Shown in pieces: positions 45,854 to 59,869 of a stretch of 64,000 bases of DNA. The stretch is from Eledone cirrhosa. Its lineage: Eukaryota. The position numbers and the translations under genes are program-made. How positions within the stretch are numbered: the stretch's first letter is position 1; every line of letters begins with the position of its first letter. The stretch is taken from NCBI GenBank assembly GCA_964016885.1, contig OZ024749.1, positions 15,500,001-15,564,000 on the forward strand, in the 5' to 3' direction. Under the pieces are notes generated by a model. The model saw only the letters and a program-made list of their open reading frames with translations. It made no database searches and was not told where the DNA came from.

Positions 45854-46765
45854 AAAAATATTTTATTTAGAGAGGGGGGGTGGAAAGGATGAAAAAAGGG
45901 GAGGAGATGAGAGTGAAGGTGGAGAGGGAGAGATGGGTGATAGAGAGAAAGAGATAGTTTTTATAACTGAGAGAAGATATATTGTTTTACATAGAGAGGT
46001 TGAAAACCGTTGGAAGATAATGTATAAATTAAAAGAATTTGAAAATTAACGAAGGGAAAAATATGTACGAGGAAAAAAAATATTTTATTTAGAGAGGGGG
46101 GTGGAAAGGATGAAAAAGGGGAGGAGATGAGAGTGAAGGTGGAGAGGGAGAGATGGGTGATAGAGAGAAAGAGATAGTTTTTATAACTGAGAAAAGATAT
46201 ATTGTTTTACATAGAGAGGTTGAGAACCGTTGGAAGATAATGTATAAATTAAAAGAATTTGAAAATTAACGAAGGGAAAAATGTACGAGGAAAGAGAGGG
46301 AGTTGATATGTATTGAGATTAAAAATTGAGATTAAAAAGTTTGAAGATAGAGAGAAAAAATAATAATTGCGGATGAATATTCTAACGTCAAAAAGGTGTA
46401 TGTTTATAAGTATTATGGCAATTTCAAAATTAATGAAGAGAAAAAATTATTAAGGTTTGCGTGTTGAAGGATTTGAGAAAAATAATGTGAAGTTAAAGTT
46501 TGTATATTGAAGGAATTGATAATATGTGCGAAGAAAGAGTTAATATGTATTAAAAAATTATTAAGGTTTGTGTATTAGATGATTTGAGAAAAATAATGTG
46601 AAGTTAAGGTTTGTATATTGAAGGAATTGATAATATGTGCGAAAGAAAGAGTTAATATGTATTAAGAATGAATATTCTAGCGTCAAAAGAAGGAGAGATT
46701 AAAAAGTTTGATGATGGAGAGAAAAAAATAATAATTGCGGATGAATATTCTAACGTCAAAAAAAC
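45854..46765. repeat. Tandem duplications within the Penelope 3' UTR (~220 bp x2, ~110 bp x2, ~60 bp x2)
   Basis: 45854-46072 is repeated at 46075-46292; further duplicated blocks lie in 46315-46765. Confidence 0.85.
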
Positions 46766-46942
46766 AAATGTATATGTTATGAAGGATTTTACAAGGTGAA
46801 GATAGAATGAGGGTAATGAGTAAACAAGTATTATAGAGTGTATAATGCCCTTTGAAGTAAGGTAGGAAGATGGGTATAATTTAAAGAGGTGTGTGTATAT
46901 GTGCCTTTGAGAAAAGATTCTAAATTGATAAAGAATTGAATA

Positions 46943-48691
46943 TTAGCTGTATACTTTGTGAAAAGTCCTATGGAATTTATGCAGGCAGATAGAAAACAAA
47001 TCTGTACGTCTATTTATTATAGAATCTAGATTAGAGATAATGGTAAATTTTTCATTTAGGCAGAGATTACAGATTTTAGATAGAGAGCTGTTCAAGTATG
47101 AGGACGCAGAAGAAACCTTCTTCCAAAAGATGGTATATTTAATGTTTTTGTCTTTCAAGGACCATATGAGTTCTGAGAGAGCCGTGTTGGTTCTTTTAAG
47201 TTTGTATTTAAAAGATGAATGATGATTATAGAGACGAGCTTTAAAAGAGGTGGAAGTGGAGCCAAAATAGGTGAAGGAATTGGTGCTAGTTATAACTTTA
47301 CATTCATAAATTAAGTTTTTATCAAGACAATGGTTGTTGAGAGGACATTTATTTTTAATGCGGCAGTTGCAATTAGAGAGATTATTAATGAGTGACCTAG
47401 TGTTATCTATAGAAGGAATTGGATTGGAGAAGTTGTTTGCGATAGGAATAATAGAAATAATAGTTTCTTGATTTAGAGTTGGATTATGAACATTTAGCGA
47501 AGTTGTGTTTGACGTTGTATTTGGGTTTACAGAAGTTAGCCTAGGGTTTACAATGACGTCGGGAGTACTATTACTGTTATTATGAAATTCAATGTTGGAA
47601 GGAAGAGATTTAGTATTTAGTATTTTATTGTTGTGTTTAGAGATAATGTTGGAAATATTGGAGGATGTAGAATAAGAAAATTTGATGGTGTGTTTGTTAA
47701 ATATTTTACTATAGATATGTGAGGGAGGGAAGCATTTATTTAAGGCACTAAAAAATAATTTAGGAATATTGTTATTAATAGAGATGGAGAAAGGAGCATT
47801 ATACCAGATTATGTTTTTGTATCTAGGTCTTTTATTAAAGTTATTGGAATGATCATGATTAATTATTCTACTGTAAGTTTTTCTAGAATTTGTTTCTTTA
47901 CTATATTTGATTTTATCTGGATAACCGGCTTTAGAAAGTGCGTTATTATAGTAATTGGCGTTAGCATCAAAGATGTTTTTATTAGAACATATGTTAGATA
48001 TTCTTTTTCCAATATTACTAACTATAGCATTCTTGATATTGGTAGGATGGTTAGATTTAAAGTTAACATAATTTAGGTTCTCATTGTTTTTATGGTAAGG
48101 GTAATATAGGCCAGTGTCAAGATTAAGAGATACATCCAAGAAATTAGCTAGTTTGATACTATTATCAAATTCAATTTTTAGGTTATGTTGGTTAAAGAGA
48201 TTACGTATGTTGTTCTTAATAATATTAAGGTTAACTATATTGCAATTTAAGATAGTAAAGAGTCCATCGTCACGATAAATTCCACCGCGAAGTTGAGGAA
48301 TTTTCCGACTCAAAGAGTTCAAAATAAAGATACCAATTAAATCAGTCAATTGGGATGAATCGGATGCTCCCATTGTGATGTCGAAGTTGTTAGAGGTATC
48401 GGCTCTGGTCCAATATTCGTTGTTGAACTCTAGGATGGTTTTACGTGCGGTGAGGATGATGTGAAGTTCATCTGTGGTGATGTCAGAATATTTAAGTGCG
48501 AAAGATAGAGCATTATTGAGAAGTGAAGGCGAAATGGAGGAATAGTAGCTGGCAATATCAAATTGAATACATTTTAGTTTGTTTTTATTATCCAATTTGT
48601 TGAACCAGCCAATCACTTCAGAAGTACCAAACCATAAATTTAGGTTCAAAGAAGAGCAATTAGAACGAACCTGTGGCATAATTCTATCCAA
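46943..48691 (-). CDS. Penelope-like RT + GIY-YIG endonuclease (582 aa, N-terminally truncated by (TA)n)
   Basis: [27 protein letters not shown]; [11 protein letters not shown] linker; [21 protein letters not shown]; CNLC. Confidence 0.92.
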   Translation of the reverse strand: MDRIMPQVRSNCSSLNLNLWFGTSEVIGWFNKLDNKNKLKCIQFDIASYYSSISPSLLNNALSFALKYSDITTDELHIILTARKTILEFNNEYWTRADTSNNFDITMGASDSSQLTDLIGIFILNSLSRKIPQLRGGIYRDDGLFTILNCNIVNLNIIKNNIRNLFNQHNLKIEFDNSIKLANFLDVSLNLDTGLYYPYHKNNENLNYVNFKSNHPTNIKNAIVSNIGKRISNICSNKNIFDANANYYNNALSKAGYPDKIKYSKETNSRKTYSRIINHDHSNNFNKRPRYKNIIWYNAPFSISINNNIPKLFFSALNKCFPPSHIYSKIFNKHTIKFSYSTSSNISNIISKHNNKILNTKSLPSNIEFHNNSNSTPDVIVNPRLTSVNPNTTSNTTSLNVHNPTLNQETIISIIPIANNFSNPIPSIDNTRSLINNLSNCNCRIKNKCPLNNHCLDKNLIYECKVITSTNSFTYFGSTSTSFKARLYNHHSSFKYKLKRTNTALSELIWSLKDKNIKYTIFWKKVSSASSYLNSSLSKICNLCLNEKFTIISNLDSIINRRTDLFSICLHKFHRTFHKVYS

Positions 48692-48708
48692 GATGGCTTT
48701 ACTATATA

Positions 48709-48816
<108 letters not shown>

Positions 48817-48958
48817 ATATATATATAATATATTATATATATTATATATATATATATAATATATTATATATATATATATATAATATATTATATATATATA
48901 TATATATAATATATTATATATATATATATAATATATTATATATATATATAATATATAG

Positions 48959-48995
<37 letters not shown>

Positions 48996-49003
48996 TATAT
49001 ATA

Positions 49004-49092
<89 letters not shown>

Positions 49093-49103
49093 TAGATTTA
49101 TCT

Positions 49104-49156
<53 letters not shown>

Positions 49157-49161
49157 TATAT

Positions 49162-49241
<80 letters not shown>

Positions 49242-49500
49242 GAATGATCGAGTATCGGAATATCGGCCCACGAAATCACGATAAACAATATCCGACATGT
49301 GTGGCAGAGGGCTCAATAATTTGGATAAACCAGAGCTATAACTATCGTTAAAATACCAACACACAGAGATCATGCCTAAAATCACCCGTGCAGCCGAAAA
49401 AGAACGACCAGGAAGATTCGGGTCACTCAAATAAAATATCAATAAATTAATAAATTAAGATAATATATTATATATAATATATTATATATATATATATATA

Positions 49501-50580
49501 CTAGCAGTAAAGCCCGGCGTTGCTCGGGGTCGCTCAGTAGCTGTGTTAAAGTTACAATGTTAAGTTTCTTTCTTGGCTTAAAAACTGTAGTGTCTACTGT
49601 GCAGACTTGCATGTGGTGTTTTTGATTAATATTCCCTCAACCAACAATATGCCTTATGAAGTTAAGAAAACATAACGATAACCCGAATGTTATAACAAAA
49701 GAGGATGTTGGGGATAGAAACTGCACTGGTTATTTATTAACAAAGATCGAAAATGTAAACACTGCAACGCAGAGAAAAACATTAGCGTAACCAAATTATC
49801 AGTTATGTCTGTCTGCACGCCTATATCACCTCTCTGCACGACTGTCTGTCTGCACGCCTATATCACCTCTCTGCACGACTATCTGTCTGCACGCGTATAT
49901 CACCTCTCTGCACGACTATCTGTCTGCACGCGTATATCACCTCTCTGCACGACTATCTGTCTGCACGACTGTCTGTCTGCACGCCTAACGAAATTTACAG
50001 ATACAGCCCGGCGTTGCTCGGGGTCGCTCAGTAGCTGTGTTAAAGTTACAATGTTAAGTTTCTTTTTTGGCTTAAAGTCTGTCTGCACGCCTAACGAAAT
50101 TTACAGATACATATATTTTAAATAAACTTATATAATTTTTGCTTTTTTTTGCGAAATATTTGCTTGTTTTACGTAGTCTTTAAATAGACTTGTTTTCAAG
50201 TAAAAATATTGTTTTAAAAGGCTTTTAAATGGAAATGAAGCAAAACGGAAGCTTAGTGTTCGAACTAATGAATTTTGAAGTGTGTTAATGTCATTTTAAA
50301 CGCTGAGAAAGCCAGCGTAATTTTTTTAATTTTTGCACGCAGACGCTCAATGTAAACAGAACAAAGGGAAATAACTGATCACTTACGCTCAAAAATCGAT
50401 ACATTATATTCGATTTCGTCAGATAGGGCGGGTCAATTTGAAATATTTTTTTCCGATGTCTTCGCTAGGGCTCAATGTACAAGTATAGCAATTTCGGTGC
50501 AATTCCGTGAGAGATTCTAAGAGGAGATGTGTGCCAAAAATCGATAGACAGACAGACAACCACAGTTTTATATATATAGA
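49501..50580 (-). mobile_element. Non-autonomous Helitron, both ends intact
   Basis: On the minus strand A|TCTATATATATAAAAC...CCCGAGCAACGCCGGG..CTAG|T, no TSD; internal ~37-bp minisatellite (49806-49985) and a duplicated subterminal segment (50005-50075). Confidence 0.82.
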
Positions 50581-50584
50581 TAAC

Positions 50585-50660
<76 letters not shown>

Positions 50661-50715
50661 TATATATTTCTGATCCAGAAATATTATACGGAGTAGCGAA
50701 ACAATTGTAAACGGG

Positions 50716-50752
<37 letters not shown>

Positions 50753-50866
50753 ATTCTCTACATTCCTTACATCAAACTAAATATGTTGACAATCTTTTAA
50801 TAATGACTTCCTTGTGAAATTTGTGGTCTTGTTTTGCTTAACTAATGAATATATATATATATAATA

Positions 50867-50975
<109 letters not shown>

Positions 50976-51369
50976 TATAATATATTATATATATATATAA
51001 TATATTATAGTAATAATAATAAATTTGAAAACTAAAATTCAAAGAGGGCTCGATAAGGATAAATATATAAGAACCCTAGAGCAAATATTTATTAAAATAA
51101 CAGATTAAAGTTTAAGCAAAGAATCGCTGCTTTCACCCTTAACGGGATCTTCTGAAACTAACAAAGTCAATCTGTAAACGCAGAAGTGGATATTTCAAAA
51201 AACGTTGCAACCGGAGGAAGACAGGAAGACGATACTTTGGTTCGTGGAAACGCTCCCTTCACAGAACATACAGGTAATATATGCTTACCTATGCAAATAA
51301 GTAAAATTTAAAAAGTGACGTCATATTCAAATTTAGCTAAACTACCTAGCCGTAGGAACACGTGCAACC

Positions 51370-51814
51370 CTGTAGTTAGTACTAACTGTAATTGTAGGAA
51401 TCGGGTTGATTGCTCCCTATCCTGGAAATGCCTCTCTAGTAATGTAAGGTTGAAACACCCACGTCCCGTAGGGCCTACATAGGGTTAACCGCCAATAGAT
51501 TCAAGCAGCGTCTTTACATGCATACCCATTCTTTTCGTTACCCTCTAAGAAGGAATATGACGTCACTTTCAGCTTATATCTGGAGTCTAAAAGACAACCA
51601 CACCCAATATAAGTTACACTGGGAGATCCTAGCTGGGGCTAGATCGTATAACGGAAATAAAAGACCATCTGACCTCTGCGCCGATGAGGCCCTGGAAATA
51701 CTCTACGCCACAGACCACATCTTAAACAAACAATCTGAGGCAATTTCGGCTTGTAAACATAAATTGCACAAAACTTTCCTGTATTACAGCCCCACATTAT
51801 ACCCTAACGGATAG
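51370..51814 (+). pseudogene. Degraded Penelope GIY-YIG endonuclease remnant
   Basis: CNCRNRVDC, YIGLTANRFKQR, TSLSAYIWSLKD, W; frameshifted. Confidence 0.8.
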
Positions 51815-52420
51815 TACGATCTATACGTAGATATTTTACGTCTTGATGTGGTAGCTATTTATACCATTACTGGCGACGAAGGCGAACATCAGCAAGCCTT
51901 GTCGTACGTGATGTTGGTGATTCAACCAGCCGGGAAAGACGTCTATCAGCAAGTCGAGATTCGCGCTCAGCAGGTGTTTCCTAGAGAAAATTAATTAATT
52001 CTACTGGTTAGCTAAGCCAATGGCAGTGTCAATAGTAAATGAGAAAAGTCTAACATGAACAAAAGGGAATCAAGGTAAGACAATAAATTTAATATAACTA
52101 CGATTAGAATGTTGTAGTTGCTTAAAAGTGGTGACAGTTAGGATAAACGCAGAACTTGCTAACATTAAGGGAGAATATTGCATAAAGGATTAATCAATTG
52201 TGAATGAACTCATACCTGAGAACGCCTAATTCGTTGTCTCAAAGCAATAGCTGTACCTTTTTTGGAGGTAAGTCTTGAACGTTTCCGTGTGGGCATAACG
52301 ACGTGTAACGAAGCTGTTAGGTTAGAGAGAGGTGATTAAATACAGAGAGAGATGACACCAGATTCGTTAGTATGGTTACTGGTGAATGGGAAGGTTTGGA
52401 AATATGATTACAATAACTTA

Positions 52421-52675
52421 CCGAATTTTCCGGTCTATAAATTGCACTTAAAATAATTAAATTTAATAAAAAAACAGCTCTGCGCTTTATACTCCGGTGA
52501 GCCTTATGTATAAATAATACAATGGTAATCAATCACGGCTCTAACAGAAGTAATAGATCGAGACTAAAAGTAAAGAAGATAGCATTTTCCTGGTTGGCCT
52601 TACACGCCGCTGCGCGGACCTGATTTTAAATGATACGCCTTATATCCTGGTGAGCCTTATAGAGCGGAAAATATC
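52421..52675. mobile_element. Degenerate MITE with pogo/Tigger-like terminal inverted repeats
   Basis: TA|CCGAATTTTCCGGTCTATAA versus TTATAGAGCGGAAAATAT; repeated TTATA..CCGGTGAGCCTTAT subterminal motif. Confidence 0.5.
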
Positions 52676-53735
52676 TATTGGAAAAGAATACGAATTCATG
52701 ACCAAGGTGTGACAAAATAGGCGTCTATACAGCGCCTGAAAAAAACTTGTCCAAAACCCTAGGATTTTTCTTGTTAAGTATCCACCCAAAAGGAACCGTT
52801 TTTTAGTTACAAAAAATAACCAAAGTGTATAGTAGCTATATTTCTGACATATCATGCCAAAAAGAACAATATATTCAAAAAATGTTCTAAAGTACATTCA
52901 ATCTCTCTTTTTGACCGATATCTTAATAAGCAAGTTATCGATTTTTTATTGGCTGTCAGTGTCTATCTGCATGCAGGTGTGCACGTGTGCGCAATTAATT
53001 GCAAATACGCTCATAACATTTAGTCGTAAGCAGAACAAAAAATGCCATTAGAGGTGGGCTAATAATGAAGACACAAACCCTGGTGAACTTACGTTTAAAC
53101 ACCCGAAAAGTTACTCACTTCCTGTGCAAAAGACTGTATTATAAATTAAGTAATTTTTTAGAATCTTTTGTTTAAAAAAGGAAAACATTGGTACGGAAGT
53201 AACATTTTTTACAACTTTGTATGTGTACAATACAACTTGGTCAACGTATTATTTAGTAATTTTTTTTTTCAAAAAGCATGATTATTTAAGACTGTTTGAA
53301 AATTTACTCACAGCTTTTAGCATCACAAAAGATACCATTAAATTTGGTTCCCTTTTCAGATAGGGATAATACTATATTTCCACTTGAATAAGGTGGAATA
53401 TGAAAAGATAAACTCTTTAATGGTCGGTCGTTTACTGAGACAGCTGGGAAGACATGCAGCTGGCCGTCCAATCAATAACGCACGTCCTTATATGGGTATA
53501 TGAAATTTATTTTTATTGCGCCAGATGTAAACTAAGAGTTCTTGTGTTCGAATTCACATAAAATTTCATTGGAATCGAAAAACATTCTGTCATAGGGCCC
53601 GATTATCGATTTTTCGAAAATTTCAAGTAGCCTATTCCACTCCACGCGTTGAGTTTTATATATGTGTGAGGTTTCATGAAAATTGGATGAACGGAGTAGC
53701 ATGCAAGTTGGGAACACCAAACAATGTCCATCTTC

Positions 53736-53802
<67 letters not shown>

Positions 53803-53803
<1 letters not shown>

Positions 53804-54190
53804 AGTTTATGAAGCTGTGGTCACTTCCAACCGACCAAATCAACCACAGGAGGTCAAATCCAATGTCGGTATGGCGGAGGGCCGATTTAAGGAACGCTTC
53901 CTGAACCACCAGTCGACCTTTAGGTACCCGGACAGACGTTCATCCACGAAACTCGCGAGCCACGTATGGTCCCTCAAGGACTCAAGTATAGACTACTCCA
54001 TTCAATGGAAAGCCAGCACTAAGTCCAAGCCATACGCAAGGGGAAACCCGTCGTGTGGACTATGTATTGATGAACGAATAAATATTCTAAAGAGATTACG
54101 TAATAGTGATTGCCTAAACACGAGAATGAATTCTTCATACGTAGTCCACACGTCTGGAAACACCTCTTACATAGCTACAAAACTCCGGAT
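53803..54190 (+). pseudogene. 5'-truncated Penelope GIY-YIG remnant
   Basis: VVYEAVV..VGMAEGRFKERFLNHQSTF..TKLASHVWSLKD..CGLC. Confidence 0.82.
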
Positions 54191-54330
54191 TGAATTACAA
54201 CAACATCCTAATTTTCTTATCAACTAGAAACTTTTCGGACTTTCGCATCTCCCTTACACCTCTCGCACGCAATTTAGTATTGTGTGAAGTGATCGTTTCT
54301 GCGCATGCGCGTTCATACGGTTGTCCTTCC

Positions 54331-54576
54331 TGTTCCGTATAACCATGTCTATTACGTGCTGAAGATCCGCTCGTAATAGACATGGTTATACGGAACACTA
54401 AATTGGGAAAATACTTAGGTTTGTTGAGTGAGATGGAGTTGGTCAGAGTATCGCTTAAGGCTTTCTCTGTTAATGTATTAAATATATATTTAATACATTA
54501 ACAGGGAAAGCCTTAAGCGATACTCTGACCAACTCCATCTCACTCAACAAACCTAAGTATTTTCCCAATTTAGTGT
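54331..54576. repeat. Two abutting inverted repeats (26-bp stem, then ~90-bp-arm palindrome centred on TATATA)
   Basis: TGTTCCGTATAACCATGTCTATTACG/CGTAATAGACATGGTTATACGGAACA; CACTAAATTGGG...CCCAATTTAGTG. Confidence 0.92.
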
Positions 54577-54954
54577 TTGGGGTGCTAACTAATCAGTATT
54601 TCGTGGATAGCTGGTTGTATTATTTTATGAGACATAATTAAATAAATATCTCTTTCCTTCCAGACGGCCATTTCGTTATAAGATTTCTACAATTTGGGAT
54701 AAATAATTTCCAGGTTATGTAGAAACTTGTATATAATCCATAGTTTTATACACAAGCGGGCCCTTATTAACTCATCAGTGGATGCCCAAACAATATCGAT
54801 ATAAGAATTACATCGACATTAATAGATTAGTGATGGTCTCCTTCAGCGCTAAAAAGAGACTGGTAGGTTCGAAAATCCAGCAGTCCTCTCAAAGATAAAA
54901 TACACGCTGCCCCCCAGAGGGTAAGGGGAGGTCATCTTAAAATATAAAAGAATA

Positions 54955-54993
<39 letters not shown>

Positions 54994-55031
54994 GTGTATG
55001 TGTGTGTGTGCGTGTGTATATATTTATATAT

Positions 55032-55212
55032 AATTGTTTCTACTTTTGGCACAAGGCCAGCAATTATCCAGTACATTACTGGTACTTTATTTTATCTACT
55101 CCGTAAGGATGAAAGGCAAAGGTAACCTCGGCGGGATTTGAACTCAGACTGTAAAGGGACGTAACTCTGCTGGAAAGCATGGCGTCCGACCTTCTACTGA
55201 TACTGCCAATCC
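55032..55212 (-). mobile_element. SINE S1 copy
   Basis: Near full-length match. Confidence 0.88.
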
Positions 55213-55292
55213 CCCGTATATATAATATATGTATAATATATATATAATACAGAACCATCTAGTCAAAACATTGTAAAAGCAAATTTATTATT

Positions 55293-55475
55293 TGGATTGG
55301 CAGTATCGGTAGAGGGTCGGACGCCATGCTTTCCAGCATAGTTACGTCCCTTTACGATCTGAGTTCAAATCCCGCCGAGGTTGACTTTACCTTTCATCCT
55401 TACGGGGTCGATAAAAATAAAGTACCAGTAATGCACTGGTTAATTGCTGGCCTTGTGCCTAAAGTAGAAACAATT
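55293..55475 (+). mobile_element. SINE S1 copy
   Basis: TGGCAGTATCGG A-box, GAGTTCAAATCCC B-box, 3' AAAGTAGAAACAATT. Confidence 0.9.
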
Positions 55476-55512
55476 TTTATTTTTTATTTTTACCAAATAC
55501 AAAATTAAATAT

Positions 55513-55595
55513 AATTGTTTCTACTTTTGGCACAAGGCCAGCAATTATCCAGTGCATTACTGGTACTTTATTTTATCGACCCCGTAAGGATGAAA
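55513..55595 (-). mobile_element. SINE S1 3' half
   Basis: Matches the S1 3' portion. Confidence 0.85.
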
Positions 55596-55882
55596 TATAA
55601 TTCTTTTAAAACCCATCCCAGTGACCCAAAGGTCATTGTCCAAATATCCACATGCCCAGTCCACCCCCTCGAAGGGTTAGTGTGGGTGGACTGTGGTAGA
55701 AAGTCTAGCTACTCTACTGTGGTGTGGGGTGAACTATAGATTGATAAACAATATAAGATGATGGATCTAAGGAGTATTTGTGGTGTCATGATTGAGAATG
55801 TTTTATACAGTATCATTGTATCTACTTCACAGTTGAGCGATTTCACGGTCAAATAATGGCTGCAGCTGACTCACACCTAACA

Positions 55883-55981
<99 letters not shown>

Positions 55982-56260
55982 ATATATATGTGTGTGTGTA
56001 TATATATATATGTATGTGTGTGCGTGTGTATATATATGTGTGTGTGTGTAAATATGTGTGTGCGGGTGTGTATATATATGTGTGTGTGCGGGTGTGTATA
56101 TATATATATATATGTGTGTGCGCGTGTGTGTGTGTGTATATATATGTGTGTGTGTGAATATATACTGTATATGTGTGTGCGTGTGTGTGTGTATATATAT
56201 ATGTGTGTGTGTATATATATATGTGTGTGTATATATATGTGTATGTACATTATATATGTG

Positions 56261-56291
<31 letters not shown>

Positions 56292-56485
56292 ATATGTGTA
56301 TGTACATTATATGTGTGTGTATATATATATATATATGTGGGTGTGCGTGTGTGTGTATATATGAGTATGTACATTATATGTGTGTATATTTATATATGTG
56401 TGTGCGTGTGCGTGTGTATATATATATATATATATAAAATAAAGTTAAATAAAAGTCAGATGATTAAAATTTAGCTTCGTTTATT

Positions 56486-56540
56486 ACTGCTATATATATT
56501 TCAGTGACAGCCATCTTTGGCTGTGACCTCTTCAGGCAGT
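56486..56540 (-). ncRNA. Minimal type I hammerhead ribozyme (family C)
   Basis: ACTGC-CTGAAGA-GGTCACAGCCA AAGA TGGCTGTCACT-GAAA-T ATAT A-TA^-GCAGT; all stems pair. Confidence 0.85.
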
Positions 56541-57277
56541 TTGAATTAGTATGGTATAGACAAGTACATATGTTGTTTAGGTGTATGATATTGTCAATAC
56601 TCTGATATGCCCAGTTCCTTGTTTGGTTGTTAATTCACTGAGGAACTGGAGTCATAAACTCAAAATCTCTATATATATATATGTATGTGCATTATATATA
56701 TGTGTGTGAGTATGCGTAAATATATACACACATATGTATGTATGCATATGTCTGTGTGTGTCTGTCTGTATCCCTGTGTGCATGTGTGCCAGTCTGTGTG
56801 TGTGTGTGTGTGAATATATACACATATATGTATTTATGTATACATGTGTGTGTGTGTGTCTGTATCTGTGTGTGCGTGTGCGCAAGTCTCTGTGTGTGTG
56901 TGTGTGAGTGTGTGTGTGAATATATACACACATATATATATGTATGCATACATGTGTGTGTGTGTCTGTATCTCTGTGTGCAAGTCTGTGTCTAAGTGTG
57001 TGTGTGTGTGTGAGAGTGTGTGAATATATACACACATATATGTATGCATACATGTGTGTGTGTCTTTCTGTATCTCTGTGTGCAAGTCTGTGTCTGAGTG
57101 TGTGAGAGTGTGTGACTATATACACACATATGTATGTATACATGTGTGTGTGTGTGTGAAATATGAGTTGAGTTGAGAGACGATAATTTAGTTTCAATAA
57201 ATCATACTTCACAAAATATGACAACACTTCACCTTGTTCATCAACAGACACTAACTTTTAAACACACACTATATGGT

Positions 57278-57362
<85 letters not shown>

Positions 57363-57363
<1 letters not shown>

Positions 57364-57500
57364 CCAGAAATAGCCATCGAAACGGCTTGAGCTCTGCCGT
57401 TGGGGTCAAACATTTTCCTATTATCCACTCTACTACCCTAAGTATTGAGTACTCTGGTGCGTTATGGTCCATCTGGTTCCTTACCACATCTCCTTCGTTA
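57363..57500 (+). mobile_element. Family D interspersed fragment (probable Penelope pLTR 3' part) in microsatellite
   Basis: Homologous to 60117-60306 and, more distantly, to 57800-57930. Confidence 0.55.
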
Positions 57501-57527
57501 TATATATACATATATATATATACATAC

Positions 57528-57601
<74 letters not shown>

Positions 57602-57612
57602 GCATATATATA

Positions 57613-57670
<58 letters not shown>

Positions 57671-57743
57671 GAAAATACAGGTAAGCATTAAGAGAAGGAT
57701 TTTATCCAGGTATTTACGACCGTTTCATTGGTAAGTGCAACCT

Positions 57744-57774
<31 letters not shown>

Positions 57775-57927
57775 TTCAGATAGGGTGTGAGAAAATACTA
57801 GGTGGACCATAATCCACCAGAGTACTCGACACTTGCGGTAGCAGAGTGGATAATAGGAAAAGAGCTTCAGACAGTTCGGATCTAGCTGTCGAAACGGCTG
57901 GAGCTGAGCCGTCGAGGCCCTGAGTCT

Positions 57928-57982
<55 letters not shown>

Positions 57983-58189
57983 TAAATTTAGTCCTTCATC
58001 AGTGATCTTCCAACCTTCATTGGTATTTCATCGCTTTAAAGACTATATATAGCTCCGGTTGGTGCGAGCAACGGCTAAAGAAAGTCGTTGGGACACGTAA
58101 ATAAGGGGAACAAGCGAGACTGTAAGCAATCAAAGATGGTAATGCAACGAAAAGTGAAGAAGAAGGAGTCAAGTCCCAGAAATCTATGA

Positions 58190-58256
<67 letters not shown>

Positions 58257-58261
<5 letters not shown>

Positions 58262-58310
58262 TTATAAAACTTTTAAGCTTGTTGAATCCCAACAAATTAA
58301 ATATAACTTT

Positions 58311-58361
<51 letters not shown>

Positions 58362-58616
58362 GTAGAGGTTATATTTAATTTGTTGGGATACAACAAGCAA
58401 AATATTTTTATAACTGATATAAAGCACTCAGCAAATTATTGGAGTAAATATACAATATATTAACAAATGGAAACTATATTTATAAAACCATATTTATTTC
58501 ATTATACATATTTCAAGGGCCACCAAGTTTGCCTTGGTGGCCCTTGAAATATGTATAATGAAATAAATATGGTTTTATAAATATAGTTTCCATTTGTTAA
58601 TATATTGTATATTTAC
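58257..58616. mobile_element. Family A fragments including an 84-bp-arm palindrome (58444-58616)
   Basis: TTTCAAGGGCCACCAAG-tttgc-CTTGGTGGCCCTTGAAA at the axis. Confidence 0.75.
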
Positions 58617-58634
58617 ATATATATATATTTTTTT

Positions 58635-58812
58635 TAATATAGAAAAGCTTCTACAGGACTAGAACTGTTTCATTCGTGAGAAATCATCAGGAAGCCTCTC
58701 TTAACCATCACCAAGAAACTATACTGACCAAACTCGAAACTTGGACAGTCAGCTTCCTGATGATTTATCACGAATGAAACAGTTCTAGTCCTGTAAAATC
58801 TCATCTATATTA
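58635..58812. ncRNA. Inverted pair of hammerhead-like motifs (family E): 58647-58695 minus and 58752-58800 plus
   Basis: GCTTC-CTGATGA-TT..AAT-GAAA-CAGTTCTAG-TC^-CTGTAGAAGC; stem II is weak. Confidence 0.55.
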
Positions 58813-58884
58813 AAACTTGTATATTCTGTTATGTATTGAGTACCTTACTTAGTGTGGTTACCTCCGATTGAACCCGGAATAACT

Positions 58885-59033
<149 letters not shown>

Positions 59034-59131
59034 CACACACACACAGCTGAACCTCCCGCGACTTCCTCCAAGTGTGAACCTAATAAAATTGTGTATCTTT
59101 GCATTCGTGTGTTTGTTTTGTTTCATTTATC

Positions 59132-59231
<100 letters not shown>

Positions 59232-59671
59232 TAGCGAGAATCGCATTTCGGCGGGTAGAAATTAGCGAAACGCAACTTCAATAATGTGCAGACAAGCGCT
59301 CCATGGATAGGAAGAATATACCAGAGCTATAAACATAAGTTAAAATGGTCATACACGCTGAGACAATGGTTAAGAAGCCATAGCCACCATAGCCAAAAAA
59401 GCGAACAAGCTAAACGGGTCAAACAAAATGAGATATGATTGAAATAGTTACCCGGACCCTCGGGGAAGATGGAATACTCAGAAATTTGGGTTTCTGCAAC
59501 ACCTAACTACTGTCTGCTTATAAAATAAAAAATAAGCTTTTGGTATAATGATCGAACAATGCATCACTTTCTCAACGGGTTTTTGTTCATTTTTCGCCGG
59601 AATCTCTCAGGTTGTTGAAGCACATGTGAGATTCTAAGGGGAGGAAACCCCTATTTTGGCCAGTGAATTCA

Positions 59672-59705
<34 letters not shown>

Positions 59706-59815
59706 GACTAATGCGATCAAATACCAACGATGGTTGGCAAATCACTGATGAGGGACTAATTTTATAATATGTAACCCATGTGCAACCACGCAGTATTCCT
59801 CTTTCTTCCGATGTT

Positions 59816-59869
<54 letters not shown>

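Noticed and set aside
55293-55380. tRNA gene suggested by A- and B-boxes
   Set aside because: Box spacing too long, no cloverleaf, and it continues into a SINE body present in 8 copies
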